From NCBI RefSeq assembly GCF_001457595.1, contig NZ_LN831039.1, positions 2,850,001 to 2,882,000 of the forward strand: a stretch of 32,000 bases of DNA, given 5' to 3'. Shown here piece after piece: positions 8,162 through 18,944 of the stretch (position 1 is the first letter of the stretch; each line of letters starts with the position of its first letter). The position numbers were made by a program, and so were the translations under genes. The DNA is from Mycolicibacterium smegmatis (GTDB lineage Bacteria > Actinomycetota > Actinomycetes > Mycobacteriales > Mycobacteriaceae). Under the pieces are notes generated by a model. The model made no database searches. It was not told the origin of the DNA and was given only the letters and a program-made list of their open reading frames with translations.

Positions 8162-8491
8162 TCAGCTCACCTCCATCGACAGGATCCTGAGTTCGGCGCC
8201 CGCGGTCACCTCGACGTCGGCGCTGCCGCACGGGCACAGCAGGATGAGGTCGCCGAGGGTGAAGTCGGCGCCGCAGGTGCGGCAGTGGGCGGCGCCGGGG
8301 CGGATGTCGAGATCGAGCCGCGCGCCGTCGGCCGCCGTGCCCTCGGTGATCAGGTCGAAGCAGAACAGCATCGAGTCGGGGACCACCGCACACAACGCGC
8401 CCACCTCGAGGCGCACGCTGTGCACGCGCCGTCCCGCCGCGTGCTCACACACCGCATCGACGACGCTCTGGGTTATCGCCATCTCGTGCAT
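8162..8491 (-). CDS. hypA: Hydrogenase nickel metallochaperone HypA
   Basis: MHEMAITQSVVDAV... (MHE start), Zn site CRTCG...CPCGS. Confidence 0.95.
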   Translation of the reverse strand: MHEMAITQSVVDAVCEHAAGRRVHSVRLEVGALCAVVPDSMLFCFDLITEGTAADGARLDLDIRPGAAHCRTCGADFTLGDLILLCPCGSADVEVTAGAELRILSMEVS

Positions 8492-8594
8492 CGCTGTCCG
8501 ATCGGACCCGGGATGCTCCCACGGTAGGCCTGTCGTGTGCCGTCCGGCGCAAAACCGCGATGCGGGTCCGGACAGCTCGGCGTGTCCACTTGAA

Positions 8595-8610
8595 TCGAAC
8601 AGGTGTTCGT
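8595..8610 (+). promoter_or_regulatory. SOS box (LexA site) upstream of recA: TCGAACAGGTGTTCGT
   Basis: 11 of 12 conserved positions of TCGAAC-N4-GTTCGA. Confidence 0.92.
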
Positions 8611-8637
8611 CTACTGTGGTGAAGAGTTCGACCGGAC

Positions 8638-8660
8638 TTGTCGGTGGTCTGCTCTAACGT
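8638..8660 (+). promoter_or_regulatory. RecA-NDp/PafBC-type (LexA-independent DNA damage) promoter of recA: TTGTCGGTG-N8-TAACGT
   Basis: Matches the mycobacterial consensus TTGTCRGTG-N8-TANNNT exactly. Confidence 0.88.
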
Positions 8661-8715
8661 CACGGCCAACCGATCGGAACACCGGTCAGACACGACTACT
8701 CGGAGAGGCACCACC

Positions 8716-9765
8716 ATGGCGCAGCAGGCCCCAGATCGCGAAAAGGCCCTCGAACTGGCGATGGCCCAGATCGACAAGAATTTCGGCAAAGGCTCGGTGA
8801 TGCGCCTCGGCGAAGAGGTGCGCCAGCCGATCTCGGTGATCCCCACCGGTTCCATCTCACTGGATGTGGCGCTCGGCATCGGCGGCCTGCCGCGGGGCCG
8901 CGTCATCGAGATCTACGGCCCGGAGTCCTCGGGTAAGACCACCGTGGCCCTGCATGCCGTCGCCAACGCGCAGGCCGCGGGCGGTATCGCGGCGTTCATC
9001 GACGCCGAGCACGCGCTGGATCCCGAGTACGCCAAAAAGCTGGGTGTGGACACCGACTCGCTGCTGGTGTCGCAGCCCGACACCGGTGAGCAGGCGCTGG
9101 AGATCGCCGACATGCTGGTGCGGTCCGGCGCGCTGGACATCATCGTCATCGACTCGGTCGCCGCCCTGGTGCCGCGCGCCGAGATCGAGGGCGAGATGGG
9201 TGACAGCCACGTCGGCCTGCAGGCCCGCCTGATGAGCCAGGCGCTGCGCAAGATGACCGGCGCGTTGAACAACTCGGGGACCACCGCGATCTTCATCAAC
9301 CAGCTCCGCGAGAAGATCGGTGTGATGTTCGGCTCGCCCGAGACCACCACGGGCGGTAAGGCACTGAAGTTCTACGCCTCGGTCCGCCTCGACGTGCGCC
9401 GTATCGAGACGCTCAAGGACGGCACCGACGCGGTCGGTAACCGCACCCGCGTCAAGGTCGTCAAGAACAAGGTCTCCCCGCCGTTCAAGCAGGCCGAGTT
9501 CGACATCCTCTACGGCCAGGGCATCAGCCGCGAGGGTTCGCTCATCGACATGGGCGTCGAGCACGGCTTCATCCGCAAGTCCGGGTCCTGGTTCACCTAC
9601 GAGGGTGAGCAGCTGGGCCAGGGCAAGGAGAACGCCCGCAAGTTCCTGCTGGAGAACACCGACGTCGCCAACGAGATCGAGAAGAAGATCAAAGAGAAGC
9701 TCGGTATCGGCGCCGTCGTGACCGCTGAAGCCGATGACGTCCTCCCGGCCCCGGTTGACTTCTGA
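8716..9765 (+). CDS. recA: Recombinase RecA, 349 aa, intein-free
   Basis: [34 protein letters not shown]...GPESSGKTT... continuous across [16 protein letters not shown]. Confidence 0.99.
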   Translation: MAQQAPDREKALELAMAQIDKNFGKGSVMRLGEEVRQPISVIPTGSISLDVALGIGGLPRGRVIEIYGPESSGKTTVALHAVANAQAAGGIAAFIDAEHALDPEYAKKLGVDTDSLLVSQPDTGEQALEIADMLVRSGALDIIVIDSVAALVPRAEIEGEMGDSHVGLQARLMSQALRKMTGALNNSGTTAIFINQLREKIGVMFGSPETTTGGKALKFYASVRLDVRRIETLKDGTDAVGNRTRVKVVKNKVSPPFKQAEFDILYGQGISREGSLIDMGVEHGFIRKSGSWFTYEGEQLGQGKENARKFLLENTDVANEIEKKIKEKLGIGAVVTAEADDVLPAPVDF

Positions 9766-10300
9766 GCCGTCGGACGTCCCCGACGGCGAGCAGGCGCAGG
9801 ATCCTCGCACCCGTGAGGAGCAGGCCAAGAACGTCTGCCTGCGCCTGCTCACCGTGCGGGCACGTACCCGGGCCGAGCTCGAAACCCAGCTGACCAAGCG
9901 CGGCTATCCCGACGACGTCAGCGCCAGGGTTCTCGACCGGCTCACCGAGGTCGGCCTGATCGACGATGAGGACTTCGCCGAGCAGTGGGTGCGTTCACGC
10001 CACCTCAACGCCGGAAAAGGCAAGCGCGCCTTGGCTGTCGAGCTCCGTAAGAAGGGCGTGGACGACGAGGTGATCTCGTCGGCTCTGGCCGATCTCGACC
10101 CGGCCGCCGAGCGTCAACGGGCCGAGCAGTTGGTGCGCGACAAGTTGCGCCGCGAACGTCTCGACGGCACACCGGAAAACGACGTCAAGGTCACCCGCAG
10201 GCTCGTGGGCATGCTGGCGCGCCGCGGATACAACCAGTCGATGGCCTACGACGTGGTCAGCGTCGAGTTGGCCAACGAGCGGGAGCGCCGGCGGGTCTAG
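9734..10300 (+). CDS. recX: Regulatory protein RecX, overlapping the recA 3' end
   Basis: [52 protein letters not shown], typical RecX repeats; position after recA. Exact start uncertain. Confidence 0.94.
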   Translation: MTSSRPRLTSEPSDVPDGEQAQDPRTREEQAKNVCLRLLTVRARTRAELETQLTKRGYPDDVSARVLDRLTEVGLIDDEDFAEQWVRSRHLNAGKGKRALAVELRKKGVDDEVISSALADLDPAAERQRAEQLVRDKLRRERLDGTPENDVKVTRRLVGMLARRGYNQSMAYDVVSVELANERERRRV

Positions 10301-10357
10301 CGGTCGTGAGTCGGCTCCGGCACCGTCGTGACCGGGGACCACCGGGGCGGCGATCCG

Positions 10358-11257
10358 TTACTTGTCGGCCTGCCCGGTGAGCACATCGGCACCCGGCGCG
10401 CCCTCCTGTTCGACCGCTTCTGCGTGCATGGGTGCGGGGCCGCGGGTGGATCTGCGCAGCCTGCGTTCGATGCGTGTCGCCAGGGCCGACAGCGCGAAGT
10501 TCACGCTGATCATCAGGACCGCGATCACGATCAGTGCCGGCAGGTAGTTGCCGTAGGACGAACCGATGACGGTGCCTTGCCGCACCATCTCGACGAACGT
10601 GATCTGGTAGCCGATCGCGGTGTCCTTGAGCACCACCACCAACTGCGATACCAGCACGGGCAGCATCGCGGTGATGGCCTGCGGCAGCTGGATCATCCGC
10701 ATGGTCTGCCACCACGACAAGCCGAGCGATGCGGCCGCCTCGGATTGCCCGCGGGGCAGGGAATGCACACCGGCGCGGACGATTTCGGCGATGACCGAAC
10801 CGTTGTAGAGCGTGAGCCCGGTGATGACGCCGGCCAGCGCGAGGTGCTTGGACGGGAACACGTCGTACGCCGCGTAGAAGAAGTACGCGAAGATCATCAT
10901 GATCAGCACCGGGACGGCGCGGAAGAACTCCACGATGACCGTGCACACCCAGCGGATCGGCCGGATCGGCGCCAACCGGCCGACCCCGAGCGCCAGCCCC
11001 AGGGCCAGCGCCAGCACGATCGACACCGCGGCCGCGGTCAGCGTGCCCTGCACGCCCGGCAACACGTAGGTCTTCCACAGGTTCGCGGTGAGGAACGGTT
11101 CCCACTTCTCCGACGTCAACTGGTTCTTGGTCCACAGTTGCCACAGCACGAACGCGACCACCAGTGTGCCGATCACCGCCGACACCGCGGTCAGGATCCC
11201 GTTGCGTACCCGCGCGCGCGGTCCGGGCGCGTCGAACAGAACCGATGCTCCGGTCAC
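10358..11257 (-). CDS. gluD: Glutamate ABC transporter permease GluD
   Basis: Polar amino-acid permease: VLQGVQGTLTAAAVSIVLALALG... and EIVRAGVHSLPRGQSEAAASLGLSWWQTMRMIQLPQA. Confidence 0.9.
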   Translation of the reverse strand: MTGASVLFDAPGPRARVRNGILTAVSAVIGTLVVAFVLWQLWTKNQLTSEKWEPFLTANLWKTYVLPGVQGTLTAAAVSIVLALALGLALGVGRLAPIRPIRWVCTVIVEFFRAVPVLIMMIFAYFFYAAYDVFPSKHLALAGVITGLTLYNGSVIAEIVRAGVHSLPRGQSEAAASLGLSWWQTMRMIQLPQAITAMLPVLVSQLVVVLKDTAIGYQITFVEMVRQGTVIGSSYGNYLPALIVIAVLMISVNFALSALATRIERRLRRSTRGPAPMHAEAVEQEGAPGADVLTGQADK

Positions 11258-11934
11258 CGCGCCACCGCCAGTCTCTTCCCCAGCCAGCCGAACAACAGGC
11301 CCACCGGAAGCGTCAGGAGGATGAAGCCCAGCGCCATGATGGTGCCGACCGTCAGCAGCGCGGCGGTGTTCTCGATCATCGCCTTCATGAGCAGGGCGGC
11401 CTCGGCGACACCGATGGCCGAGGCGATCGTGGTGTTCTTGATCAGCGCGATCAACACCGACCCGAGCGGGATGATCACGGCGCGAAAAGCCTGCGGCAGC
11501 AGGATGTATCGCAGGTTCTGCCCGAACGTGAAACCGAGTGAGCGGGCCGCCTCGGCCTGACCCAGCGGCACGGTGTTCACACCCGACCGGATCGTCTCAC
11601 ACACGAAAGACGCGGTGTAGACGGTCAATCCGAGCACGGCGAGCCGGAAGTTGCTGTCGGCGATCGACGTGGGGGAGTTGGGGTCGACCAGCGTGATCCG
11701 CAGGGTCTGGCCGACGCCGAACGAGCAGAACAGGATGATGAGCGTCAGCGGGGTGTTGCGGACCACGTTGACATACGCCGTCCCCATCCAGTTCATCACC
11801 GGGATCGGTGCCAGCCGCATCGCGGCCAGCACCGTGCCCAGGATGAGCGCCCCAACCGCGGAGTACACCGTCAGTTGGATGGTTGTCCAGAACGCCGCGA
11901 AGATCTCGTCGCGGTACTCGTCGAATATTTCCAC
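11254..11934 (-). CDS. gluC: Glutamate ABC transporter permease GluC
   Basis: FWTTIQLTVYSAVGALILGTVLAAMRLAPIPVMNW... and ETIRSGVNTVPLGQAEAARSLGFTFGQNLRYILLPQAFR. Confidence 0.9.
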   Translation of the reverse strand: MEIFDEYRDEIFAAFWTTIQLTVYSAVGALILGTVLAAMRLAPIPVMNWMGTAYVNVVRNTPLTLIILFCSFGVGQTLRITLVDPNSPTSIADSNFRLAVLGLTVYTASFVCETIRSGVNTVPLGQAEAARSLGFTFGQNLRYILLPQAFRAVIIPLGSVLIALIKNTTIASAIGVAEAALLMKAMIENTAALLTVGTIMALGFILLTLPVGLLFGWLGKRLAVAR

Positions 11935-11952
11935 GGTTGAGGCGGCGTCCGA

Positions 11953-12774
11953 TCAGTCGCGGTCGACGGCGGGAGGCTGCGGTGCCTGGATGCCTGCCGG
12001 TCCGAGGTTCTTGTCGAAGGCCTCTTTCCAGGCGCCGCTGGATTCCATCTTCTCGATCGCGTCGTTGATCTTGTTGCGCAGCTCGGTGTCGTCCTTCTTC
12101 AGGCCGATGCCGTAGCGCTCCTCGGAGAACGTGTCACCGACGAGCTTGAAGGTGCCTGGGGACTGTGCGGCGTAACCGGCGAGGATCACCTCGTCGGTGG
12201 TCAACGCGTCGACCGCGCCGTTCTTGAGCGCCTCGACGCACGCCGAGTAGGTGTCGTACTGCTGCAACTGCACGCCCGGGTACTCATCCTTGATCCGCTG
12301 GGCCGGCGTGGAACCCGACACCGAGCACAGCTTCTTGTTGTTCTCCAGCGACGCGGCGCCGGTGATGTCGTTGTTGTCGGCGCGCACCAGGAGGCTCTGC
12401 CCCGTGATCAGGTACGGCCCGGCGAAGTCGACCTTCTCCTTGCGGGAGTCGGTGATCGAGTAGGTGGCGGCGATGAAGTCGACCTGACCGTTCTGGATCA
12501 GCGTCTCCCGCTGCGCCGACGGGGCCTCCTTCCACTCGATCTGGTCCTCGCTGTAGCCCAGCTCGTTGGCCACGTACTTGGCGACGTCGACGTCGAACCC
12601 GGTGAGCGTGCCGTCGGGCTGCTTCAGACCGAGACCCGGCTGGTCGTACTTGGTTCCGATGACGATCGTGTCGCTGTCGCCGCCGCTGTCGCCACCACCG
12701 CATGCCGTCGCCGCGAACGGCAGGGCGATGGCGAGTGCGACAGCACCGGCGACGCGTTTGGGAATGGACCGCAT
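11953..12774 (-). CDS. gluB: Glutamate-binding lipoprotein GluB
   Basis: MRSIPKRVAGAVALAIALPFAATACGGGDSGG (lipobox ATAC), SBP family 3 body. Start reset from 12837 to 12774. Confidence 0.92.
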   Translation of the reverse strand: MRSIPKRVAGAVALAIALPFAATACGGGDSGGDSDTIVIGTKYDQPGLGLKQPDGTLTGFDVDVAKYVANELGYSEDQIEWKEAPSAQRETLIQNGQVDFIAATYSITDSRKEKVDFAGPYLITGQSLLVRADNNDITGAASLENNKKLCSVSGSTPAQRIKDEYPGVQLQQYDTYSACVEALKNGAVDALTTDEVILAGYAAQSPGTFKLVGDTFSEERYGIGLKKDDTELRNKINDAIEKMESSGAWKEAFDKNLGPAGIQAPQPPAVDRD

Positions 12775-12799
12775 TGTTCTGATTCCTTTCACCGGAACG

Positions 12800-13585
12800 T
12801 TAGTGATGCAGGATTTTGCCGAGAAAATCTTTGGCACGTTCGCTTTTCGGGTTGTCGAAGAACTCGGCAGGTGAGGAGTCCTCGACGATGGCGCCGTCGG
12901 ACATGAACACCACGCGGTCCGACGCCCGGCGCGCGAAACCCATCTCGTGGGTGACCACGACCATGGTCATGCCCTCCGATGCCAGCGACGACATCACGGC
13001 GAGGACCTCGTTGATCATCTCCGGGTCGAGCGCGCTGGTGGGCTCGTCGAACAGCATGACCTTGGGGTTCATCGCCAGCGAGCGGGCGATCGCGACGCGC
13101 TGCTGCTGACCACCTGACAACTGGGCGGGGTACTTGTCGGCCTGGTTGGCCACCCCGACGCGTTCGAGGAGGGCGAGCGCGTTCTCCCTGGCCTTGTCCT
13201 TGGCGAACCTGCGGACCTTCATCGGCGCGAGGGTGACGTTCTCCAGGATTGTCTTGTGCGCGAACAGGTTGAACGACTGGAACACCATGCCCACATCCGA
13301 ACGCAGCTGTGCGAGCCTGCGCCCCTCGGCGGGCAGGACCTTCCCGTCGACCATGATCGTGCCGGAATCGATGGTCTCGAGGCGATTGATCGTGCGGCAC
13401 AACGTCGATTTGCCCGAGCCCGAGGGGCCGAGCACCACCACGACCTGACCCTTGCCGACGTCGAGGTTGATGTCCTTGAGCACATGGAGTTGCCCGAAGT
13501 GCTTGTTTACTCCCTGAAGTGAGATCATCGGCACATCTGATTGCGCCGCACCGTCGACCTGCGGCTGCTCGCCGGGGCTTCCCAT
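12800..13585 (-). CDS. gluA: Glutamate ABC transporter ATP-binding protein GluA
   Basis: Walker [10 protein letters not shown], signature [17 protein letters not shown], Walker B VMLFDEP. Could start internally at MISLQGVNK. Confidence 0.93.
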   Translation of the reverse strand: MGSPGEQPQVDGAAQSDVPMISLQGVNKHFGQLHVLKDINLDVGKGQVVVVLGPSGSGKSTLCRTINRLETIDSGTIMVDGKVLPAEGRRLAQLRSDVGMVFQSFNLFAHKTILENVTLAPMKVRRFAKDKARENALALLERVGVANQADKYPAQLSGGQQQRVAIARSLAMNPKVMLFDEPTSALDPEMINEVLAVMSSLASEGMTMVVVTHEMGFARRASDRVVFMSDGAIVEDSSPAEFFDNPKSERAKDFLGKILHH

Positions 13586-13680
13586 GGGTGGAGACCTTAC
13601 CCAGGGATCGGCCGGTCTGCCTGCATCTTGTGAATCCGCCGGGTTAACGTCCCGCGTGCGTACGTCCGTACCATGGGTCC

Positions 13681-15228
13681 GTGACTTCGATGGTGACCAG
13701 GGACGAGACAGCCGAGGCCGAGGGCCTGCGACCCGCTGTCGGCTCGTCGCGCGTTCGCACCTATCAGGTCCGCACGTACGGCTGTCAGATGAATGTGCAC
13801 GACTCCGAGCGGCTGTCGGGGCTGCTGGAATCCGCCGGCTACCAGCGTGCGGCCGAAGGTACCGACGCCGACATCGTGGTGTTCAACACGTGCGCGGTAC
13901 GTGAGAACGCCGACAACAAGCTGTACGGGAACCTGAGTCATCTCGCACCGCGCAAGCAGGCCGATCCGAACATGCAGATCGCCGTGGGCGGATGCCTCGC
14001 GCAGAAAGACCGTGACGCGGTGCTGCGCCGCGCCCCCTGGGTGGACGTCGTCTTCGGCACCCACAACATCGGGTCGCTGCCGACGCTGCTCGAGCGGGCC
14101 CGGCACAACCGCGAGGCCCAGGTCGAGATCGTCGAGGCGCTGCAGGAGTTCCCGTCGGCGCTGCCTGCCTCCCGTGAATCCGCTTACGCGGCATGGGTTT
14201 CCATCTCGGTCGGCTGCAACAACACCTGCACGTTCTGCATCGTGCCGTCGTTGCGTGGCAAGGAGGTCGACCGTCGGCCGGGCGACATCCTCGCCGAGGT
14301 GCAGTCACTCGTGGACCAGGGCGTGCTCGAGATCACGCTGCTCGGCCAGAACGTCAACGCCTACGGGGTCTCGTTTGCCGACCCGGAACTGCCCCGCGAC
14401 CGCGGCGCGTTTGCCAAGCTGCTGCGGGCGTGCGGTGGCATCGACGGTCTCGAACGTGTCCGCTTCACTTCGCCGCACCCGGCCGAGTTCACCGACGACG
14501 TGATCGAGGCCATGGCGGCCACCCCCAATGTGTGCCCCACGCTGCACATGCCGCTGCAGTCGGGTTCCGACCGCATCCTCAAGGCCATGCGGCGCTCCTA
14601 CCGCGCCGAGCGCTTCCTCGGGATCATCGACAAGGTGCGCGCGGCCATCCCGCACGCGGCCATCACCACCGATCTCATCGTCGGTTTCCCCGGCGAGACC
14701 GAAGAGGACTTCCAGGCCACGCTCGATGTCGTCGAGCGGGCGAGGTTCGCCGGCGCGTTCACGTTCCAGTACTCGAAGCGTCCGGGAACCCCCGCCGCCG
14801 ACATGCCCGATCAGTTGCCCAAAGACGTTGTCAGCGAGCGTTATCAGCGCCTGATCGCGTTGCAGGAGCGCATCTCGCTGGAGCAGAACTCCGCGCAGAT
14901 CGGCCAGACCGTCGAACTTCTCGTCGCCACCGGCGAGGGCCGCAAGGACGCGAGCACCGCGCGCATGTCCGGGCGGGCCCGCGACGGGCGCCTGGTGCAT
15001 TTTCTGCCCGGGGACAACGTGATCCGGCCGGGTGACGTCGTGACCACCACCGTCACCGGGGCGGCGCCGCACCACCTGATCGCCGACGCCCCGATCATCG
15101 AACACCGCCGCACCCGCGCGGGCGACGCGCACGCGGCAGGCCAGAAACCCCGCACCGGTGTGGGTCTCGGCATGCCGCGCATCGGCGCGCCCGCGCCGAG
15201 TACGGCGGCAGAAGGGTGTGGCTGTTGA
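13681..15228 (+). CDS. miaB: tRNA-2-methylthio-N6-dimethylallyladenosine synthase MiaB
   Basis: [14 protein letters not shown], radical-SAM [14 protein letters not shown]-terminal TRAM domain. Confidence 0.97.
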   Translation: MTSMVTRDETAEAEGLRPAVGSSRVRTYQVRTYGCQMNVHDSERLSGLLESAGYQRAAEGTDADIVVFNTCAVRENADNKLYGNLSHLAPRKQADPNMQIAVGGCLAQKDRDAVLRRAPWVDVVFGTHNIGSLPTLLERARHNREAQVEIVEALQEFPSALPASRESAYAAWVSISVGCNNTCTFCIVPSLRGKEVDRRPGDILAEVQSLVDQGVLEITLLGQNVNAYGVSFADPELPRDRGAFAKLLRACGGIDGLERVRFTSPHPAEFTDDVIEAMAATPNVCPTLHMPLQSGSDRILKAMRRSYRAERFLGIIDKVRAAIPHAAITTDLIVGFPGETEEDFQATLDVVERARFAGAFTFQYSKRPGTPAADMPDQLPKDVVSERYQRLIALQERISLEQNSAQIGQTVELLVATGEGRKDASTARMSGRARDGRLVHFLPGDNVIRPGDVVTTTVTGAAPHHLIADAPIIEHRRTRAGDAHAAGQKPRTGVGLGMPRIGAPAPSTAAEGCGC

Positions 15229-15851
15229 ACGCCAAGAACCACGACAAGGACTTCGAGCAGTTCAAGGGCGATCTCGACGCCGTCGAACGCAAGGTCGCAG
15301 GCGAGTTCGATCCCGGTGCGCGTGCACTGGTGGTCGCGATCCTGGTGTTCGTGCTGCTGGGTTCGTTCCTGCTGCCGCACACCGGCAGCAGCAAGGGTTT
15401 CGACGTGCTGGTCGGCAATGCCATCGCGGTCGGCGACGGTGTGTCACTGCCGTCGCGGGTGTTCACCTGGCTGGCGCTGGTGTTCTCGGTCGGCTTCTCC
15501 GTGCTGGCGCTGCTGACCCGCCGGTGGGCGCTGGCCTGGGTGGCCCTGGCCGGCTCGGCGGTCGCCAGTGCGCTCGGCATGCTCGCGGTGTGGTCGCGCC
15601 AGACCGCGGGGGACAACCCGGGCCCGGGATACGGCCTGATCATCGCCTGGCTGACGGTGATCGTGCTCACGTTCCACTGGGCGCGGGTGGTGTGGTCGCG
15701 CACCGCGGTTCAACTCGCCGCCGAGGCGCGGCGCCGCGACGCGGCCGCGCAGCACCAGCAGAACGGACTGCTCGACGGACTCGACAAACCCGACAAGACC
15801 GGTGAGAAGGACGACGGCCCCGGCAAGGACGAGCCGGGGGCCGGTCACTAG
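15216..15851 (+). CDS. Conserved mycobacterial membrane protein (Rv2732c-like)
   Basis: Several TM helices ([18 protein letters not shown]; [19 protein letters not shown]), location after miaB, polar C-terminal tail. Confidence 0.75.
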   Translation: MWLLNAKNHDKDFEQFKGDLDAVERKVAGEFDPGARALVVAILVFVLLGSFLLPHTGSSKGFDVLVGNAIAVGDGVSLPSRVFTWLALVFSVGFSVLALLTRRWALAWVALAGSAVASALGMLAVWSRQTAGDNPGPGYGLIIAWLTVIVLTFHWARVVWSRTAVQLAAEARRRDAAAQHQQNGLLDGLDKPDKTGEKDDGPGKDEPGAGH

Positions 15852-15869
15852 CCCCCGGGGCCCGTCACC

Positions 15870-17198
15870 TCAGCGGCGCTTCTCCAGCGATTCTGCCGCG
15901 GCCTCGGCCCACTGCCGCCACTGTGCGGCGCTGGCACGCGCCTCCTCGGCATCCTTGGTCCGCCCCGCGGCCTCGGCCTTCTCGGCCTGCCGTTCGAACT
16001 GCTCGGCGCGGGCACGGAACTGATCGGCACGCGCCTTGGCCTCGGGATCGACACCACCCGTGGGTGCCTCCCGGATCTTCTTCTCGATCGCGCGCAGGCG
16101 GCGTTCGAGTTCGGCGGCGCGTTCGCGCGGCACCTTGCCGATGGCGTCCCACTTGTCGCCGATCACGCGCAGCGCGGCCCGCGCGGCCTCGTTGTCCGAC
16201 AGGTCGATCTTCTCGGCCTCGGCCAGCAGGGCCTCCTTGGCCGCGGCGTTCGCCTTGAACTCGGCATCACGCTCGGCATGGGCGGCGTTGCGCGCCGAGA
16301 AGAACGTGTCCTGGGCGGCCTTGAAGCGCTGCCACAGTGCGTCGTCGACGTCCTTGGCGGCGCGCCCCGCGGCTTTCCACTCGGCAAGCAGGTCGCGGAA
16401 CGCCGCGCTCGTGGCGCCCCAGTCGGTCGAATCGGCCAGTGCCTCGGCACGCTCGCACAGTGCCTCCTTGGCCTGGCGGGCGCTCACTCGGCTGCGGTCG
16501 AGCTCGGCGAAATGCGAACCGCGGCGACGGTTGAACGTCTCGCGGGCCGCCGAGTAGCGCTTCCACAACGCGTCGTCGGTTTTTCGCTCCAGCCCGGTGA
16601 TGGTGCGCCACTCGTCGAGGATCTCGCGCAGGCGGTCGCCCGCGGCCTTCCACTGCGTGGAGTTGGCGGCGATGTCCTCGGCCTCGGCGGCCAGCGCCTC
16701 TTTGCGCGCGGTCTGCGCGGCGCGGTACTCGTCGCGCTGCGCGCGCTCGTTCTGGGCGGCCTCGTCGGCCTGCTCCAGGATCGAGGACAGACGCGCGCTC
16801 AATGCGTCGACGTCGCCGAGCACAGATGCGGTGGGCAGGCTCTCGGCGAGCGCGGCCGCGGCGGACTTGATCTTGCGGGCGTCGCCGGTACCGGTGGCCA
16901 GGCGCCGCTCCAGCAGCGCGACCTCGGTGTGCAGATCGTCGTAACGCCTGCCGAAGTGCGCGAACGCCGACTCGGTGTCACCGGCCTGCCATGCGCCGAT
17001 GACCCGTTCGCCGGATCCGGTGATCAGCCACACCGTGCCGTCCGGGTCGACGCGCCCGAACCGGTGCGGATCACTGGACGGCGCTGCCGCGACGACCGGA
17101 GCCACCCGACTGGGACGGGGAACGGGCCGGGGTGTTGGGTGGGGCGTGGGCCGGGGGGTGGGCTTGGGGGTGGCGCCGCCTGGCTCACTGGTTGTCAT
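15870..17198 (-). CDS. DUF349-domain protein (Rv2731-like) with proline-rich N-terminus
   Basis: Repeated helical units ([37 protein letters not shown] / [38 protein letters not shown]). Start [17 protein letters not shown] at 17198. Confidence 0.9.
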   Translation of the reverse strand: MTTSEPGGATPKPTPRPTPHPTPRPVPRPSRVAPVVAAAPSSDPHRFGRVDPDGTVWLITGSGERVIGAWQAGDTESAFAHFGRRYDDLHTEVALLERRLATGTGDARKIKSAAAALAESLPTASVLGDVDALSARLSSILEQADEAAQNERAQRDEYRAAQTARKEALAAEAEDIAANSTQWKAAGDRLREILDEWRTITGLERKTDDALWKRYSAARETFNRRRGSHFAELDRSRVSARQAKEALCERAEALADSTDWGATSAAFRDLLAEWKAAGRAAKDVDDALWQRFKAAQDTFFSARNAAHAERDAEFKANAAAKEALLAEAEKIDLSDNEAARAALRVIGDKWDAIGKVPRERAAELERRLRAIEKKIREAPTGGVDPEAKARADQFRARAEQFERQAEKAEAAGRTKDAEEARASAAQWRQWAEAAAESLEKRR

Positions 17199-17360
17199 AT
17201 CCGCTCCTCGTACTCCGCGCGGTGGCCCGCGCATCTGCCGCGCGACGCGGCGCCCGATTGCTGTCAGCTTCGACCGCTATTCAAGCAGGTCGTGCTGCGC
17301 TGTGCCCATGGCTTTAGGCTCAATGCCCCCACAAACTCGAATGACGGACCTGGAGGCGGG

Positions 17361-18248
17361 ATGAATCGGGCGGACATCGCGGCCCTGCTCGCGCTCGGAG
17401 CGGCCCTGTGTATCGCCATCGGCGACGTCATCCACCAGCGGTCCGCCCACGACGTCACCGACGATTCCGTGAGCCACCTCGGCCTGTTCAAGCGGCTGTT
17501 GCGCGACGGCCGGTGGTGGCTGGGCAGCGGTGTCGCGGCGGCCGGCTTCGCCCTGCAGGCGGCCGCGCTCGGGCTCGGATCGGTGTTGCTGGTGCAGGCC
17601 CTGCTGGTCACCTCGCTGCTGTTCGCCCTGCCCATCAACGCTCGGTTGACCCGTCGTCGCGTGACCCGTTGGGAGTGGATGTGGGCCGCGCTGCTGGCCG
17701 GGGCGGTCGCGGTCATCGTGACCGTCGGCAACCCGACCGCCGGGCATGCGCGTGCGCCGTGGGAGGCCTGGACCCTGGTGCTGGCCGTGCTGGGACCTGC
17801 CGTGGCGGTCTGCCTCGTGGGAGCGCGGATCTTCACCGGCGCGCGCAGCGCGGTGCTGCTTGCGTTGGTCTCCGGGGCCCTGTGGGGCGTGTTCGCGGTG
17901 CTCACCAAGGGTGTGGTGAACCATCTGCTGGTCCACAGCTGGGGCGGGGTGTTCACGCTGCTGCGCGTGCCCGAGCTGTACGTCTGGATCCTGGTGGCGA
18001 TCGCGGGCACGGTGGTGCAGCAGTCGTCGTTTCGCGCCGGGGCGCTGACTGCATCGTTGCCGACCATGACGGTCACCGAACCGGTCGTGGCCTCGGTACT
18101 GGGCATCGTGGTGCTCGGCGAGACCCTGCGCCCGGGTGACGCGGGCTGGGTCACGCTCGTCGCGGCCATCGCCGTCATGGTGGCCGCGACCGTGGCGCTG
18201 GCGCGCGGTGAGGCCGCCGAAGAACCGGCAACCGTGCCCGCACACTAA
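17361..18248 (+). CDS. DMT/EamA-like integral membrane protein (Rv2729c-like)
   Basis: [30 protein letters not shown]..., about 9-10 TM helices. Start inside the 16278 ORF of the track, placed at ATG 17361. Confidence 0.82.
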   Translation: MNRADIAALLALGAALCIAIGDVIHQRSAHDVTDDSVSHLGLFKRLLRDGRWWLGSGVAAAGFALQAAALGLGSVLLVQALLVTSLLFALPINARLTRRRVTRWEWMWAALLAGAVAVIVTVGNPTAGHARAPWEAWTLVLAVLGPAVAVCLVGARIFTGARSAVLLALVSGALWGVFAVLTKGVVNHLLVHSWGGVFTLLRVPELYVWILVAIAGTVVQQSSFRAGALTASLPTMTVTEPVVASVLGIVVLGETLRPGDAGWVTLVAAIAVMVAATVALARGEAAEEPATVPAH

Positions 18249-18257
18249 TTTGGTCAC

Positions 18258-18944
18258 GTGCTCAGCGCCATCGCGATCGTCCCCGCCGCACCCCTGCTGG
18301 TGCCCGAACTCATGGGTGCCGCGGCCGCCGAGATGGCGCCGTTGCGCGACGCGGCACTCGCGGCGGCCGCCGAGTTGCCCGCGCGCTGGGTGTCCGTCGG
18401 GACCGGCGCGGCCGACGCGACCTTCGGGCCGGACCAGTGCGGGACGTTCGCCGGATACGGCGCCGACGTCCCGGTGACGCTGGGACCTGTGACGAACATC
18501 ACCCCGGTCGAGCTGCCGCTGAGCGCCCTCGTCGCGGGCTGGTTGCGGGGCCGGGTCGCCCCGCAGGCAGTGGTGGACGCCCGGGTGTACGCCGCAGCGA
18601 CGCCCGCCGGAGATGCCGTGGAGATCGGCCGCGGGCTGCGCACCGAGATCGACGCGACCGCCGAACCGGTCGGCGTCCTCGTCGTCGCCGACGGCGCGCA
18701 CACCCTTTCACCGTCCGCGCCGGGCGGTTACCGGCCGGAGTCGGTGGCCGCGCAGCACGCGCTCGACGAGGCCCTGGCCTCGGGGGACGCTTCGGCGCTC
18801 GCGTCGTTGCCGGACGTGAGCGTGGGCCGGGTGGCGCACGAGGTGCTCGCGGGTCTGGCCGGGGCCGCGCCGCGCACCGCCCGCGAGCTGTACCGCGGGG
18901 CGCCGTACGGCGTCGGGTATTTCGTGGGTGTGTGGTTGCCGTGA
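18258..18944 (+). CDS. Conserved hypothetical (Rv2728c-like, class III extradiol dioxygenase-like fold)
   Basis: [34 protein letters not shown]...; GTGA overlap with miaA. Confidence 0.75.
   Translation: MLSAIAIVPAAPLLVPELMGAAAAEMAPLRDAALAAAAELPARWVSVGTGAADATFGPDQCGTFAGYGADVPVTLGPVTNITPVELPLSALVAGWLRGRVAPQAVVDARVYAAATPAGDAVEIGRGLRTEIDATAEPVGVLVVADGAHTLSPSAPGGYRPESVAAQHALDEALASGDASALASLPDVSVGRVAHEVLAGLAGAAPRTARELYRGAPYGVGYFVGVWLP

Noticed and set aside
10301-10357. Strong terminator between convergent recX and gluD
   Set aside because: No long stable stem with a U-tract could be identified by eye.
16278-17360. 5' part of the 656-aa plus ORF antisense to the DUF349 gene
   Set aside because: The real DMT-like protein starts at ATG 17361; the upstream part is antisense to a convincing gene.
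18437-18940. N-terminal extension of the miaA ORF
   Set aside because: Overlaps Rv2728c-like coding sequence in another frame; MiaA starts at GTG 18941 with [16 protein letters not shown].
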